DNA of 64,000 bases from an uncultured Gemmatimonadales bacterium (GCA_963707505.1 CAVPQB010000004.1:128001-192000), one strand, 5' to 3'; numbered from the stretch's first letter, positions 30,608-42,066 are shown. Numbers and translations: made by a program. The notes: generated by a model not told the origin, from the letters alone.

Positions 30608-31948
30608 TCACGGGCGCACGCCCGACAACCGATATGCCGTTATCGCATTATCGCGCAGAACCATTCGCGCCAGTGTCTCCGCGCGATTTCTGCTTATCTC
30701 ACCGTCGCGCATCATTCCTGTGAGTGCGATCCCCAGCGCGCGACGCGTGGTCATGCTGCCAACCCAGGCAACCTGCTCCCATCCCTGCTCGGTGCCGCCG
30801 TCGAAAGCGTCACTCCCGTAAAGCACCTTGTCCGGGAACTCGCCCAGCCACTGCCGCAGCACTCGCGCGAGTTCGGTCGGCGATAGAATGAGATCCATCG
30901 CCGAGATATCCGTATAGACGTTTGGCTTGGCAAGAAGTGCTTGCGTCTCATTCACCAATGGCCATCCGCCGTGGATCACGACGAAGTTGGTGCCGCGTAG
31001 CGTCGCATCATTGAATGCGGGCTCGAGCAGATGCGGTGCGGCGCCCGCCGACTTGTAGTAGCTCCCGAACGTCTCGAGCGAGTGGATCTGTACCGACATG
31101 CCGAGTCGTCCTGCCTCGTGTGCGATCACACGGAAGAGGTAATCCTCCAATGTCTTGTATTCGGCGTGCGCTGGTACACCTCCGGCGGAGTAGCGTCCGT
31201 ACACACGTGCTGCCAGCGCTGAGTCGGGGTCGGCGAAGTCGAGCGGACGCAGATATGCGGCTTCGAATTTGACCGCTATCGCACCGGCTGCTCGTTGTCT
31301 CTCAAGTGTTGGGACGACGACGCGCCGAACGTACTCCGCGAGTGTGCTCGGTGTGCGCGTTATGCCGAGATCGCGAAAGTATCGTCGCAGCAGTCTGGTC
31401 TCCCGCGGGTAAAGCACGCGTGTATCGGGCGTGGTTCCCTCTGCGCGTGTATCGAGTGGAAGCATGAGCGCATCGACGAATGCAATCCACCGAAAGCGTG
31501 GCGTATCGAGACCCGGCCCCATGGCGACGCGATTCGCGAACATCACGTCGACTCCGGCCTGGTCGAGCGCCCATTCCGGGAAGCGCAGGCTGCGCTTCGT
31601 AATGTTGCTCGTCACCGCCGCGTCGAGTGCGAGCTTGCGAGCACTGTCCGGCATCGCGAGGGAAATGCCGTATAGGGCAAACTGAGCATGTTGCCAGATC
31701 GGATCTTCCTGAGTGAGGCGATGCGGGAATCCGAACGGCGGAATCCCATCCAGGGGAAGCGCGTCGTACTCGCTGTCCGCCGGCGCACCGCTGGCTACAG
31801 GTCGCATGGGATGGGCGTGCGTGTCGATCGCGCGAATCGAGGCGATGTATGCACCGAGCGCGGAATCGACGGCGGCCTGCGCCATGACTGGGTTTGGCGC
31901 GAGCAACGCAAGAGACAATGGAAGCGACAGCGCGAGCGACAATCTCAT
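30608..31948 (-). CDS. Secreted amidohydrolase family protein
   Basis: IDTHAHP, VQIH, VIHGGWP, VLYGSDA; signal peptide from MRLSL. Confidence 0.85.
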   Translation of the reverse strand: MRLSLALSLPLSLALLAPNPVMAQAAVDSALGAYIASIRAIDTHAHPMRPVASGAPADSEYDALPLDGIPPFGFPHRLTQEDPIWQHAQFALYGISLAMPDSARKLALDAAVTSNITKRSLRFPEWALDQAGVDVMFANRVAMGPGLDTPRFRWIAFVDALMLPLDTRAEGTTPDTRVLYPRETRLLRRYFRDLGITRTPSTLAEYVRRVVVPTLERQRAAGAIAVKFEAAYLRPLDFADPDSALAARVYGRYSAGGVPAHAEYKTLEDYLFRVIAHEAGRLGMSVQIHSLETFGSYYKSAGAAPHLLEPAFNDATLRGTNFVVIHGGWPLVNETQALLAKPNVYTDISAMDLILSPTELARVLRQWLGEFPDKVLYGSDAFDGGTEQGWEQVAWVGSMTTRRALGIALTGMMRDGEISRNRAETLARMVLRDNAITAYRLSGVRP

Positions 31949-32023
31949 GAGCGACCCGGTCAGGAGGGAGAAACGGGGCGAGCGAAGCAAATAACCGCTT
32001 CCGGTGGCATGGGGCAAGAGAAG

Positions 32024-32100
32024 CATGCTGATGCTGATCCCGATGCCGATCCTGATGCCGAGCATGATGCCGATCCTGGTGCTGAGCTGATGCTGATGCG
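32024..32100. repeat. Degenerate hexamer tandem repeat (GATGCY/GATCCY, about 13 units)
   Basis: catgct gatgct gatccc gatgcc gatcct gatgcc gagcat gatgcc gatcct ggtgct ... in the intergenic region. Confidence 0.75.
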
Positions 32101-32200
32101 GAGTAGCCCGCGGCTCGCACTTGCGCCCCGATGCCGCGCCCCATCAATTAGCGTCGCACGCCAGTGCACCGGCGATTTGCGGACCCTGCATCCCTGACCC

Positions 32201-32899
32201 ATGTCGAGCGATCCGAGCACCTTTGCGCTAGCCCTGCCGTCCACGCTTGCCACGCTCACCGGTGCAGGCGCGGCGATTCTCGGAGGTTGGGCGTCGGCGC
32301 ACTTCACTGCGCGCCAGGCGCGACGCAGGGAGGCGCAGGCGCGTGACGAGCGACGGCGCGTGCTTGCCAGCCTTCTCATCGACGAGCTCACCAACATCGA
32401 GGTCGCATTAGGCTCGTTTCCCATCGCGATCACGCGCCGCCGATTTCGACCGCTTCCCGACACACCGGTGCTCGACCGCATGCTCGCGATCGCGGATGCA
32501 TTCGATGCTCCGACGGTGATAACCCTTCTCAGTGTGCGCGAAATGGTCCGCGCGCACCGCCGTGTGTCCAAGGATTGTCACGCACTGTTCCGGCGTTATC
32601 ACCGGCAGCCTGAAACCGAGGATCGTGCAGACGCGGAGCGCAATCTGCTGGACGTCGTGGCCGGTGCGACCGAGACTGCCGCCGCGGTGCAACGTACCGC
32701 GGTCGCGGCACTGCTCGATCTGGGTGGTATCGCGATCTCCGGGGACGACGGCACGGCGACACGTCGCTACACGTCGGGCGCGGTGGAGGATACGCTTCGC
32801 TGGACTGCCGTCCACCCTGCGGCGAACGCCGAGGCGATACTTGCGGCTCGGGCATCGTTGCGCGCTGCGGGGCCGGCCGGCGAAGATCGCGTGGAGTAG
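32201..32899 (+). CDS. Hypothetical protein with N-terminal membrane anchor
   Basis: 232-aa ORF filling the gap; hydrophobic segment followed by an Arg-rich helix. Confidence 0.6.
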   Translation: MSSDPSTFALALPSTLATLTGAGAAILGGWASAHFTARQARRREAQARDERRRVLASLLIDELTNIEVALGSFPIAITRRRFRPLPDTPVLDRMLAIADAFDAPTVITLLSVREMVRAHRRVSKDCHALFRRYHRQPETEDRADAERNLLDVVAGATETAAAVQRTAVAALLDLGGIAISGDDGTATRRYTSGAVEDTLRWTAVHPAANAEAILAARASLRAAGPAGEDRVE

Positions 32900-32946
32900 A
32901 TTGGCGGGGTCCGACTGTCCACCGGATCGTTCCGCATCCCGAGACG

Positions 32947-34537
32947 CTATCGCGCGCGCGGCGGCGCGACGAACCTGCGCGACTGTCGCTCGTATGCATG
33001 AGCCAGTGCCAACACACGAGCGTCATCACCCGGCAGGCCAACGATCGACACGTTGAGCGCTGGCATGCCGTCGGCGCCGAGTCCCGCGGGCACTGAGACT
33101 TCCGGCAGGCCGAGCCAGTTACCGTAGCCGAGTGCGGTGCGAATGTCTGGCCACGGATCGACCGCACGCGGTGCATTGAACGGCATTGTCGGATAGACCA
33201 TCGCACTTACGCCGGTCATGCGCATCGAGGCAGCGAGCGTCGCGACGACTGTAGCACGCGAGCGCGCGAACGACTGCCCTGCAGCATCTTTCTCCATCGG
33301 TTGCTCGAGCAACGGCTCACACTCGGCGAACGTCGCCGGTAGCACGTCGTAGAATGCACGATACGCAGCGTAGCCGCGGCCGCACCGCTGCACGCGGATC
33401 ATCCGTGCGGCCGGCGAAGTAACGGAAGAGCGCGTTCGCGGTGGGCGCCGGAGAGCGTGCATCCACAGCGACATCGCCACGATCGTGCGCTGCCGCGACG
33501 AACGCGTTGCGATAGTTCGCAAGCGTGACTGGTGGATCGTATGCCTCGACCGTCGCGCCGGCTGCGCGCAGGTCGCTGACTGCGCGATCCCATGTTGCGA
33601 GCGCTTCGGCTGTCATCTGCGTGCGTGGAACGTGCGCGCTCACAAGTCCAAGTCGCACACCCGCGAGGGCATCATCGCGCAGTGCGGCTAGCGGTGCGCC
33701 GTTCCATGCGTTGGTAAGCGCGAGCGGATCTGATGCATCCGCACCAGCGATGGCTGCAAGGAGCAATGCTGCATCGGCGACAGTGCGCGCAAGTGGCCCG
33801 TGTGTGTCGAGATACGGCCACGTCGGAATCACGCCGGTGCGCGGAACGAGCCCGAAGGTCGGCTTCATCCCCACGACGCCGGTGAACTGCGCTGGAATGC
33901 GATTGGATCCGCCGTCATCGGTGCCGACCGCTGCGAATGCAAGTCCCCCGGCGACTGATACTGCAGAGCCCGCGCTGGAGCCGCCGGGAGTGCGCGTTCC
34001 CGTGGGATCGTGCGGATTCAGCACCTGTCCCGTGTGACTGCTGGTACCGTTGCCGCGGTAAGCGAAGTCGTCGGCAGCGGTCTTGCCGAGCACTATCGCA
34101 CCTGCCGCCCGCATCCGTGTTATCTCGAGTGCATCACGAGATACGGGATCGGGAAACAGTCGCGCCCACTCCGCGTTGGATCCCGTAGTTGGCAGTCCGG
34201 CCATGTCGTAGATGGCCTTTGCGAAAATGGGAACGCCATCGAGCGGGCCGCGCATGCGTCCGGCGCGTCGACGCTCGTCTGCGCCGCGTGCATCGGCCAG
34301 CGCCGTGTCAGCCAGCGCATCGATTGCGTGCCACGCCGTGCCATCACTGCGGCAGCGTGCGAGTGCACGCGCGGTGATCTCCGTTGCGGTCCACTCACCG
34401 CGACGACGTCCCGCCTGATAGTCGGCGATGGTACCGTCCAGCGGATCTCGTGCGGTGAACTTCCAGCGCGAGAGCGGAATCGGGAGTGCAACGAGTGCTG
34501 CGAGCTGTGCGAGTGCTTCGCGTCTGGTTGGAGACAT
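32947..34537 (-). CDS. Amidase signature family protein with Tat signal, split by a frameshift near 33380
   Basis: TRREAL, GGSSAGS, GTDDGGSNRIPA, GMKPTFG in ORF 33317-34537; C-terminus (GLPEVSVP..LALAHAYE) in ORF 32947-33522. Confidence 0.85.
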
Positions 34538-34653
34538 GGCGTGACGGCGAAAGTGAATGGCGGGTATCGCAGGTGGTCGCTACGACCGGTGACCGCGGTG
34601 GAATTGGCATCCCGAACACCGATCGGTCAATGGTCGACCGGTGTCGTGCTTCA

Positions 34654-35055
34654 CTATCGTAGCGCGGAGTATCCCAGGATGCTCTGGCCGATCGCCATGA
34701 TTCCGGCCACGATCAGGATCAGGGCTAATGTGATGCCGCCGAGTCGGATGCCGAGCTCGCGTCGATCGCTGCTCGATTGCTGTCCGATTATGAATGAACC
34801 GTGCGTGACGATCGCCGCGAGCACCATCAGCATGAGATGACCCGTTACCGCGTCGGGAAAGATGCCGCCCATGACGAGGCCGATGCCGAGTACGATCTGG
34901 AGATCGAGCACGCCGGCGAACGAGTTGGCGAGAATTCGAGCGGAGCGCACCGATCGACCGGTCGCGACACCATACGCTAGCGCGATCAGAGCAGCAAGCG
35001 CGACAAGCAGAACGAGATAACGAAGCCAGGAGTGGGCGAAGAAGAGGATGTTCAT
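34654..35055 (-). CDS. Hypothetical four-TM membrane protein
   Basis: AHSWLRYLVLL..DLQIVLG..GHLMLM; start at MNILF. Confidence 0.7.
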   Translation of the reverse strand: MNILFFAHSWLRYLVLLVALAALIALAYGVATGRSVRSARILANSFAGVLDLQIVLGIGLVMGGIFPDAVTGHLMLMVLAAIVTHGSFIIGQQSSSDRRELGIRLGGITLALILIVAGIMAIGQSILGYSALR

Positions 35056-35065
35056 GTGCCGGCCG

Positions 35066-35311
35066 TCAGCTCGATCGCCTATCGGCATCGCTGATGTTCT
35101 CCAGCACTGCTTCCGCATTCCTTACCAACCGACTCCTCTTCGCCCGCTTCACCGCTGACTTCTTGAACGCCACTCTTAACTCCTCGTCGTCTATCGCGAG
35201 AACCTCCACCGCCAAGGTGCGCGCATCCGTCTCCCTTACCACTTCACGCGCCGCGAATGCGGGTTTTGTAGCGTCACGTGAGAACTTGATGTTCCAGGAA
35301 CATACAGATTG
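35066..35311 (-). pseudogene. queG: 3' remnant of epoxyqueuosine reductase (copy 1)
   Basis: QSVCSWNIKF..PAFAARE..DARTLA.EVLA...ELRVAFKKSAVKRAK..LVRNAEAVLEN resembles the QueG C-terminus (CQxVCPWN..SPxKRxK..GLxRNA). Confidence 0.78.
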
Positions 35312-35441
35312 GGACGTGTGCCGGTATACCCATTTTGAGATCTCGCTCTCGACCGGCGGGCGAACGCTTGCTGCGAAGATCCGCGTCGGAGCTCGAGTCG
35401 TGCACACGAGTCAAGCCGTCGACCCCGATTACCATCGGATG

Positions 35442-37562
35442 CTACTTCGAGTTCGCGCCGGGAGCGCAGGTCCGTGCTCCGATCAGCACTTGTGCGAACT
35501 GTGGCTTGTCGGCTGGTGGGAAGGGAACCTTCCCGGCCCCTGCGGGCTTGATGCAATCGTACGCGAGCATGTACGCCATGACGTTGGCGTACGAGGCGGG
35601 AGAGAGCGATCCTGGAGCGGTGAGTGGCATCCGTTGCACCACCGCCGCGCGGAATTGCGACGCATTGAGGTGCGCGCGCGCGATGCCGGCTCCGGTGAGC
35701 GCAGGCGCGGACACACCCTGAAGTTGCGCGCCATGGCACGACGCGCAGTTGGTCGTGTACACCGTCGCGCCACTCGCGACCTGCTGCGCGGTGTACGGGA
35801 GCGAGTCCGATGCGGCGAGACCGGACTCCGTCGCGCCGCCGCGTACTGATGCCGCGAGCGCGGGCTGTCCAGTTGTGTCGTTCACGGTCGCGTGTGTCGG
35901 ACCGAGTTGGTACACGATGACGCGACTGCCGTGCGGGGCCGGAAGATTGGGTGTCTGCTGGTTTCCCGCGCGGCCCACCATCAGCGCGAGCTGTTCCTTG
36001 CCGTCGAGCATGAACGCGGAGATTGGGGCGACGATCGCGGAGCCCGTGTTCGTTTTCCAGAGCTGCTTGCCCGTCGCGACGTCGAGCGCGTAGACATTTC
36101 CGCCGAGATCGCTGGTGAAGACCAGCCCCGTCGCGGTGACGAGCGCGCCGCCCTCAGCGGGGTATGGCAGCGTGATGCGCCACCGGACGTGCCCCGTCGC
36201 CACGTCTACCGCGGTCACCACGCCCGTGCCATTCTCTCGCTTCGGGAGCGGTCCGCCGGCGTAGTTCTGTCCCGGGATGTATTCCGGCGTCTCGGTCTGC
36301 AGCTTCCAGATCCCGCATTCCTGCGTGCTGGGAACCACGAACAGATTGGATGACGGATCGTACGCACCGCCGTTCCACTCGACGCCACCGCCATGATTCG
36401 GACACGCGCGTGTTCCTTTCAGCGTCGGCACGGTTGTGGCCAGCCCAGTCTGGTCGCTGACCGCGAGCTGGTGTACCACCGTGCCAGTGCTCTGATCGAG
36501 GATGAGGAAGTTCCCGGCCTTGTCACCAACCGCGACCAACGCGCGCGGCGCACCGGAGACCTTTCCGCTGAATAGCACCGGGATCATGGCCGGATCGGCG
36601 TCGTGCGTGTCGTTTGCGATGATCTGGTGATACCATTTCACCTTCGGTACCGAGCCACTGATGTCGAGGGCGACGATCGAGTTGGAGTAGAGATCCGCGC
36701 CCTCGCGTCCCTTGAGCACCATGTCGGGCCCGGGATTGCCGGGCGCGACGAAGAGCGTGTTCGTTACCGGATTGATTGCGACTCCCGACCACACCGCCGC
36801 CGCGCCGTGAACCCAGGAGCTGTCCTTCCACGTATCACGCTTGAGCGTTTCCCAGTTCCACAGCCTCTTCCCGTCGCTGGTGCTGAACGCGCTCACGAGT
36901 CCCCGATTCCCATTGTCGCCGCCGGCTGTGCCGACAATGACGGCGCCTCGGTAGACGTACGACGCCATGGAGTACCAGCTGTTGGTCGTGTCGCGACATC
37001 CGACGACGTTCCACACGGGCTTGCCCGTGGCCACGTCGAGCGCGATGACGTGACAGTCCTGCGTCGCGACGATCACACGCCCGCCATCGACGCCAACGCC
37101 CCGATTGGCGGCGAATGCGAACACGAACGGACTGTATGGAAACGCCCACTTCAGCTGTCCTGTGTGCGCATCCAGCGCAAGCACATTGTCGTGTGGCGTC
37201 GCCACGTACATCGTGCCGCCGGTGATGATCGGCGACGCTTCCTGTTCACCGTCGTCGCGAATTCGAGTCTCCCATCCTTCGCCGAGCGACGCGACATTCG
37301 CGGACGTGATCTGTGTCAGCGGTGTGTAGCGATTGCCCTCGTACGTCCGCGCGGGGAGAACCCATTCATTGGCGTTCTGACTGGCGCGAAGGAGTTGATC
37401 ATTCGTCGTACCTGCACGTTGCCGTGCCTCGTTGCATGACGGGAACGATACGGCTGCCAGTGCGGTGGGTGCGATGAGCGTGATTGCGCGCCGCGTCCAC
37501 CAGCGGTGGGGAGCAGGGCTCGTTAGAGGCGGTTGCGTGTGCTTCGACGATGTCGACACCAT
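35442..37562 (-). CDS. PQQ-dependent dehydrogenase with C-terminal cytochrome c (quinohemoprotein-like)
   Basis: NRYTPLTQIT, ANRG, GNPGPD, LYSNSIVALD, CPNHGGGVEWNG; heme motif CASCHG. Confidence 0.9.
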   Translation of the reverse strand: MVSTSSKHTQPPLTSPAPHRWWTRRAITLIAPTALAAVSFPSCNEARQRAGTTNDQLLRASQNANEWVLPARTYEGNRYTPLTQITSANVASLGEGWETRIRDDGEQEASPIITGGTMYVATPHDNVLALDAHTGQLKWAFPYSPFVFAFAANRGVGVDGGRVIVATQDCHVIALDVATGKPVWNVVGCRDTTNSWYSMASYVYRGAVIVGTAGGDNGNRGLVSAFSTSDGKRLWNWETLKRDTWKDSSWVHGAAAVWSGVAINPVTNTLFVAPGNPGPDMVLKGREGADLYSNSIVALDISGSVPKVKWYHQIIANDTHDADPAMIPVLFSGKVSGAPRALVAVGDKAGNFLILDQSTGTVVHQLAVSDQTGLATTVPTLKGTRACPNHGGGVEWNGGAYDPSSNLFVVPSTQECGIWKLQTETPEYIPGQNYAGGPLPKRENGTGVVTAVDVATGHVRWRITLPYPAEGGALVTATGLVFTSDLGGNVYALDVATGKQLWKTNTGSAIVAPISAFMLDGKEQLALMVGRAGNQQTPNLPAPHGSRVIVYQLGPTHATVNDTTGQPALAASVRGGATESGLAASDSLPYTAQQVASGATVYTTNCASCHGAQLQGVSAPALTGAGIARAHLNASQFRAAVVQRMPLTAPGSLSPASYANVMAYMLAYDCIKPAGAGKVPFPPADKPQFAQVLIGARTCAPGANSK

Positions 37563-37577
37563 AGGGAGTGTTCGAAC

Positions 37578-38252
37578 TCAGGTGGCCTGTGACCGGTCGT
37601 CCGCCGCTGTCCCCCCGCGCCGACGCGCCGTCGGGAGCTGCCAGTGGTTCCGCATCGCCATGACGCGCAACCCGATGCAGAGCGCGGCGCCAGCGATGCT
37701 GACGATCCCGGATGGGAGCTGGAGCCCGCGGCCGATCACGACGACGGCTGCGCCCGCGAGCGCCGCGACGGCGTAAAGATCCGCCCTCAGAATTACAGGA
37801 ACTTCCGACACGAGAATGTCGCGCGCCACTCCGCCGCCGACGCCGGTCACGACGCCGAGCAGCACCGCAGTGAGCGGCGCGAGATGAAAGGCAAGCGCCT
37901 TCGATGCACCGGTGACGGCGAACAGTCCGAGTCCCATGGCATCGAAGAGCAGTACCGAATTCCAGAGCCGGTCGACGAACGCCCCCCAGTAGAACGTGAC
38001 CAGGCCTGCGACGAGCGCCGCGGTGATGTAGCGCCAGTCCGCGATGCCTGGCGGCGGCACGGCGCCGATCAGGAGATCACGCGTGATTCCGCCCACGTTC
38101 GCCGCGGCGAACGACAGCACGAGCACGCCGAAGATGTCGAGCCGGTGCTTGACGCCGGACATTGCACCACTCAGCGCGAAGACAAACGTGCCGAGCAGAT
38201 CCAGCACCAGGGTGAGGGTGCTGATTGTGATCGGCGGAATGAGTGGCTGCAT
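37578..38252 (-). CDS. TRIC/UPF0126 (YadS-like) membrane protein
   Basis: GTFVFALSG, DIFG, GGITRDLLIG, DAMGLG, GVGGGVARD. Confidence 0.9.
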   Translation of the reverse strand: MQPLIPPITISTLTLVLDLLGTFVFALSGAMSGVKHRLDIFGVLVLSFAAANVGGITRDLLIGAVPPPGIADWRYITAALVAGLVTFYWGAFVDRLWNSVLLFDAMGLGLFAVTGASKALAFHLAPLTAVLLGVVTGVGGGVARDILVSEVPVILRADLYAVAALAGAAVVVIGRGLQLPSGIVSIAGAALCIGLRVMAMRNHWQLPTARRRGGTAADDRSQAT

Positions 38253-38256
38253 GCGT

Positions 38257-39525
38257 TCAGGAATGCAGCCAGGCCTGTGCCGCCGTCACCATGGTCTCCA
38301 CACCAGTGTGCAGCGTGGGATCCAGCACCGGGGCAAAGCGCGGGTTGTGATTGGTCGGGATCTCGTTGGTCTTGCCTGCCGCTTTGGCTTTCGCATAAAG
38401 CTCCGGGTCGGTTCCGCCAACGAACCAGAACACCGATGGAACGTGCCACTCGGTGCCGAAGGATCCGAAATCTTCGCTTGCGGTTGATGGCTTGGTTTCC
38501 ACGACCTCACTTGCGGGAAAGTACGCCCGAAGCGCATCGACGACACGTTTCGTCGCGGTCGCATCGTTCACGAGGAGGGGATAGCGGTCCAGCGGTGTGA
38601 TGTCAGGCGTTTTGGGTGCGCCGGATGCCTCCGCTTCTGCGTTCACGATCCGCTTGATGGCAGCGAGCACACGCGTGCGCACGTTCTCGTCGAAGGTGCG
38701 CACGTTCAATTTGATGGTCGCATTGTCGGGGATGACATTCTCTTTCGTACCGGCCTGCAGCGCGCCGACGGTGACCACGGCGGCATCTGTCGGAGCGACC
38801 TCACGCGACACGATCGTCTGAAGACGCATCACCAGAGCGGCCGCCATCACCACGGGATCGATGCTGGCCTGCGGCATGGACCCATGGCCGCCGCGACCGA
38901 ACAGCGTGATCTGCAGGCTGTCGCCAGCCGACGTCATGACGCCGCTGCGCCAGCCGATGGTACCGGCGGGAATGCTCATCACGTGTTGGCCGAGAATTAC
39001 ATCTGGTTTCGGGAATCGCGCGAGGAGTCCGTCATCGATCATCGCCCGCGATCCTTCGGCGGTCTCCTCCGCTGGCTGGAAGACCGCCATGAGCGTCCCC
39101 TTCCAACCCGTGCGAACCTGTGAGAACAACGTGGTCGTGCCGATCAGCCATGTCACGTGCATGTCGTGACCGCACATGTGACCAACGGGCGTCGTGTTCC
39201 CATCCCGGTCCTTCGCGACGACGGCACTTGCGTACGGAAGTCCGGTCGCTTCCTTGATTGGCAGCGCGTCCATGTCGGCGCGCAGCATCACGGTGGGGCC
39301 GTCGCCATTTCGCAGCAGTCCGACGACGCCGGTCTTACCGACGCCGGTCGTCACATCGAAGCCCACCTTGCGGAGCCTGTCCGCCGCGATGCCCGCTGTG
39401 CGAGTCTCCTGCATCGAGAGCTCGGGGTGCGAGTGAATGTCGGTGTAGATCGACTTCAGGTCGGGGAGCAGTGCCGCGAGCCCGGCAAGGACAGGCTCCG
39501 CCGGGCGTTGAACAGGTGTTGTCAT
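38257..39525 (-). CDS. M20D amidohydrolase (hippurate hydrolase-like)
   Basis: HPELSMQE, LRADMDALP, HMCGHD, FQPAEE, GGHGSMP, SEDF. Confidence 0.93.
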   Translation of the reverse strand: MTTPVQRPAEPVLAGLAALLPDLKSIYTDIHSHPELSMQETRTAGIAADRLRKVGFDVTTGVGKTGVVGLLRNGDGPTVMLRADMDALPIKEATGLPYASAVVAKDRDGNTTPVGHMCGHDMHVTWLIGTTTLFSQVRTGWKGTLMAVFQPAEETAEGSRAMIDDGLLARFPKPDVILGQHVMSIPAGTIGWRSGVMTSAGDSLQITLFGRGGHGSMPQASIDPVVMAAALVMRLQTIVSREVAPTDAAVVTVGALQAGTKENVIPDNATIKLNVRTFDENVRTRVLAAIKRIVNAEAEASGAPKTPDITPLDRYPLLVNDATATKRVVDALRAYFPASEVVETKPSTASEDFGSFGTEWHVPSVFWFVGGTDPELYAKAKAAGKTNEIPTNHNPRFAPVLDPTLHTGVETMVTAAQAWLHS

Positions 39526-39689
39526 GATCGATAACCTCGCGGGCGCCACGGCGCCCAGAGTGTCATGGTGAGAGCAACCGAAGGCGTGCACGATATGTGC
39601 CCGTAAAGGGCGCGCCGACGCTGTTCGATCCTTTGCGCCTTCCCCACGACTACGTAGAGCAGTCGCGCTCTTTCAAGGGCGATGCCCGG

Positions 39690-39790
39690 CGGGAACAGTG
39701 ATGGGTCACGTGCACCTCCACGTTGGTGACGTAGCGACAGCGTTGAGGTTCTTTGCCGAAGGCTTGGGTTTCGATCGCACTGTGGGCGGA
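39690..39790 (+). pseudogene. Fragment of a VOC/glyoxalase (CatE-like) gene
   Basis: GTVMGHVHLHVGDVATALRFFAEGLGFD only; no continuation. Confidence 0.6.
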
Positions 39791-40327
39791 TTCATGCGCC
39801 AATCGGATTCCACCAAGGGACAGATGGTTTGTCCCGGATTGACAACGCGCCACGTGCCGGAGCATGGCGCGCAAGCGAAAACGGTGAAGACATGACGACA
39901 ACGGTTGGCAGCACCGAGGAGCGAGCGGCTGATTGCGAGACCAGGATGCAGCTCAGGATTTTGGTTTTGCGTGCGGCGCTGCGAAAAGATTCGCTAAATG
40001 TGCGGTTGGCTCGCCTTGCCGCGCAGGTCGCGACCTCGCAAGGCGCGATCGCGCGGCTAGCGGCGATGGGAGAGTTCAACTGCCCACCATACGATCATTA
40101 CAACAGCGCTTCGAAGATACGACTCGCTGTTTCATGCATCTCGTGGAAGCGGCGAAACACCATCGTGGTCTCAAGAAGCAGTGGATCGAGTTTCTCGGCG
40201 AACAGCCCAATTCGGCCGTCGATCTGGTCGAGACGAGCGATGTCGAAGGCGAGCCTGCGGCGGCCTGAACTGAACTCCAGTGCAGCTCGTCGGCTAGGGA
40301 AGGTCTGAAGAACTTCGGAATGGATAC

Positions 40328-41361
40328 TCATGCTGTGATCTTCGCGCTGTCGCCCGCAGTGACTTCGTAAGTAGAGCCGGATACCATGGTCGCCGCATCG
40401 GAGGCAAGAAAGACAACTACAGGAGCGATGTCGTTCGGATCGATCCACGGCACGCCCAACGGGCTCGATTTTGCGAGTTCTTCACGCGCTGACTGTTCGT
40501 CCTTTGTGACATCACCGGTTGGCGTTTTGCCGCTCGTTTGCAAGGCTTGCGCATAGCGCTCCTCATGACGCGTGAGAGGCGTATCAACCAGTCCCGGAAC
40601 CAGGCAGTTCACGGTAATGCCACTTTTGCCCAGCTCGAGCGCGGCGGACTTCATCAGACCAATGAGTCCCCACTTCGACGCAGAGTACGCGCTGGCGTTG
40701 AAAGTCCCGTGCTGCCCCTGTGTGGACGTGGTGATGATCATGCGGCCCCTCTTGCGCCGCACCATTGCGGGCCCGAAGGCGCGCAAGACATTAGCTGTGC
40801 CGGTGAGGTTGGTGTCGATGGTGATGTGCCAGTCGGCGTCCTCCATCTCCATCAGGGGGTGGAACTGCTGAATTCCGGCGTTGGCGAACAGGATGTCGAC
40901 CGCGCCAAACGAGGACTCGATACGCTCCGCAGCCGCGCGCAGCGCCGGAAGGTTTCGCTGGTCGACAATATGCGACTGCCACTTGACCCCAAGCGTCTCG
41001 ACCAGTCTGCCGGTCTCCGCAAGGTCCTGCGGTGTCGAAGGCGTGACACCGGAGCGGGGATCGACGACTGCGCAGATGTCGAGCCCCGCTACGTTTGCCC
41101 CTGCGCCGGCGAGGGCAAGCGCGGCTGCACGGCCGATGCCACGCGCCGCACCGGTGACGACGGCGGTCTTGCCTTTCAGCGCGGTTGAAAGAAAGGTGTT
41201 GGTGGAGGGCTTATTGGCGGGACTGCCTGGCATCGGGTTCTCCGGGGACAACGACTGGAATGCGTGCGCCACAGTCGAGTTGCTGGATAGGAGCAGGGCC
41301 GCTGAGGCCTGCGTGACAAAAGCTCGACGAGTAAGCTCCGGTTCTTGGAGGGGTCTCGCAT
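40328..41361 (-). CDS. SDR oxidoreductase (carveol dehydrogenase-like) with apparent Tat signal; 1-bp indel near the start
   Basis: TGAARGIG, ANAGI, YSASKWG, PGLVDTP; in-frame upstream ELTRRAFV; ATG 41361 is one base out of frame (alternative start GTG 41272). Confidence 0.85.
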
Positions 41362-41385
41362 TTTGACCTACCGACGTCGGGTGAA

Positions 41386-41700
41386 CTACAAGATGGGAAC
41401 AGCCTTATCTGGAATGGTGTTGATCTCAGCTTCAGACACGTGGGCGTGGGCCACGGCGACCTGCATCGGCACCGCGCGCATTGGTGAGGAAGTCCATAGT
41501 CCGCGCATCTTCTGTACCGTTGAAGACGATCATGCGGACTTGTCGTGAGATCCAGAACTGCCGCTCGCTTGCGTTTGAGTGCCAGTGCAGCTCGCGAATC
41601 GCTTCCGGCTTCAACGTGACGATGCCGCCCGAAGTCTTTGGCGAAGCGGGGAAGTTCTTCACGTCGATGATCTTCACGTTGCATTTTCCGCTGGAACGTG
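41386..41700 (-). pseudogene. Oxalate decarboxylase (bicupin) C-terminal remnant
   Basis: KIIDVKNFPAS..IVTLKP.AIRELHWH.NASE.QF..RMIVF..ARTMDF, then a shifted tail EAEINTIPDKAVPIL*. Confidence 0.72.
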
Positions 41701-42066
41701 CGTCGCATCGTGCTTGTGTGGAATGTGTGTGGTGACCTGGTGGGTCCGCGGAGGATCACCACCGAGCGCTCGGCGCGGCGATATCTGCGTGACGGTACTC
41801 GACATTCCATGTGGCGCTCGCCGCGCTGGCGTGGTGCGGTCGAATACCGGACGCGGCCGTTCACACATTCCCGCATTCACATCTTTGGCTTATCCGCCGC
41901 GAGCGCTTCCGTATTTATCCCCAGCCAGACATCGGGCGCCGCGGATTGCGTGGGCACGACCTTGCTTACACCGCGAATCGTGAGCACCCCCCCAGCCGCG
42001 GCAGGCGCGGGAAATGCAGGCGGTCGTTTGACAGTGCATCCGTCACTTCATCAACGGAAGGAAACC

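Noticed and set aside
39829..40331. Short ORFs on both strands, including a 77-aa ORF ATGA-coupled to the SDR
   Set aside because: No recognisable motif; cannot tell which frame, if any, is real
40328..41272. Mycofactocin system implied by the SDR type
   Set aside because: No mft precursor or radical SAM genes in the window
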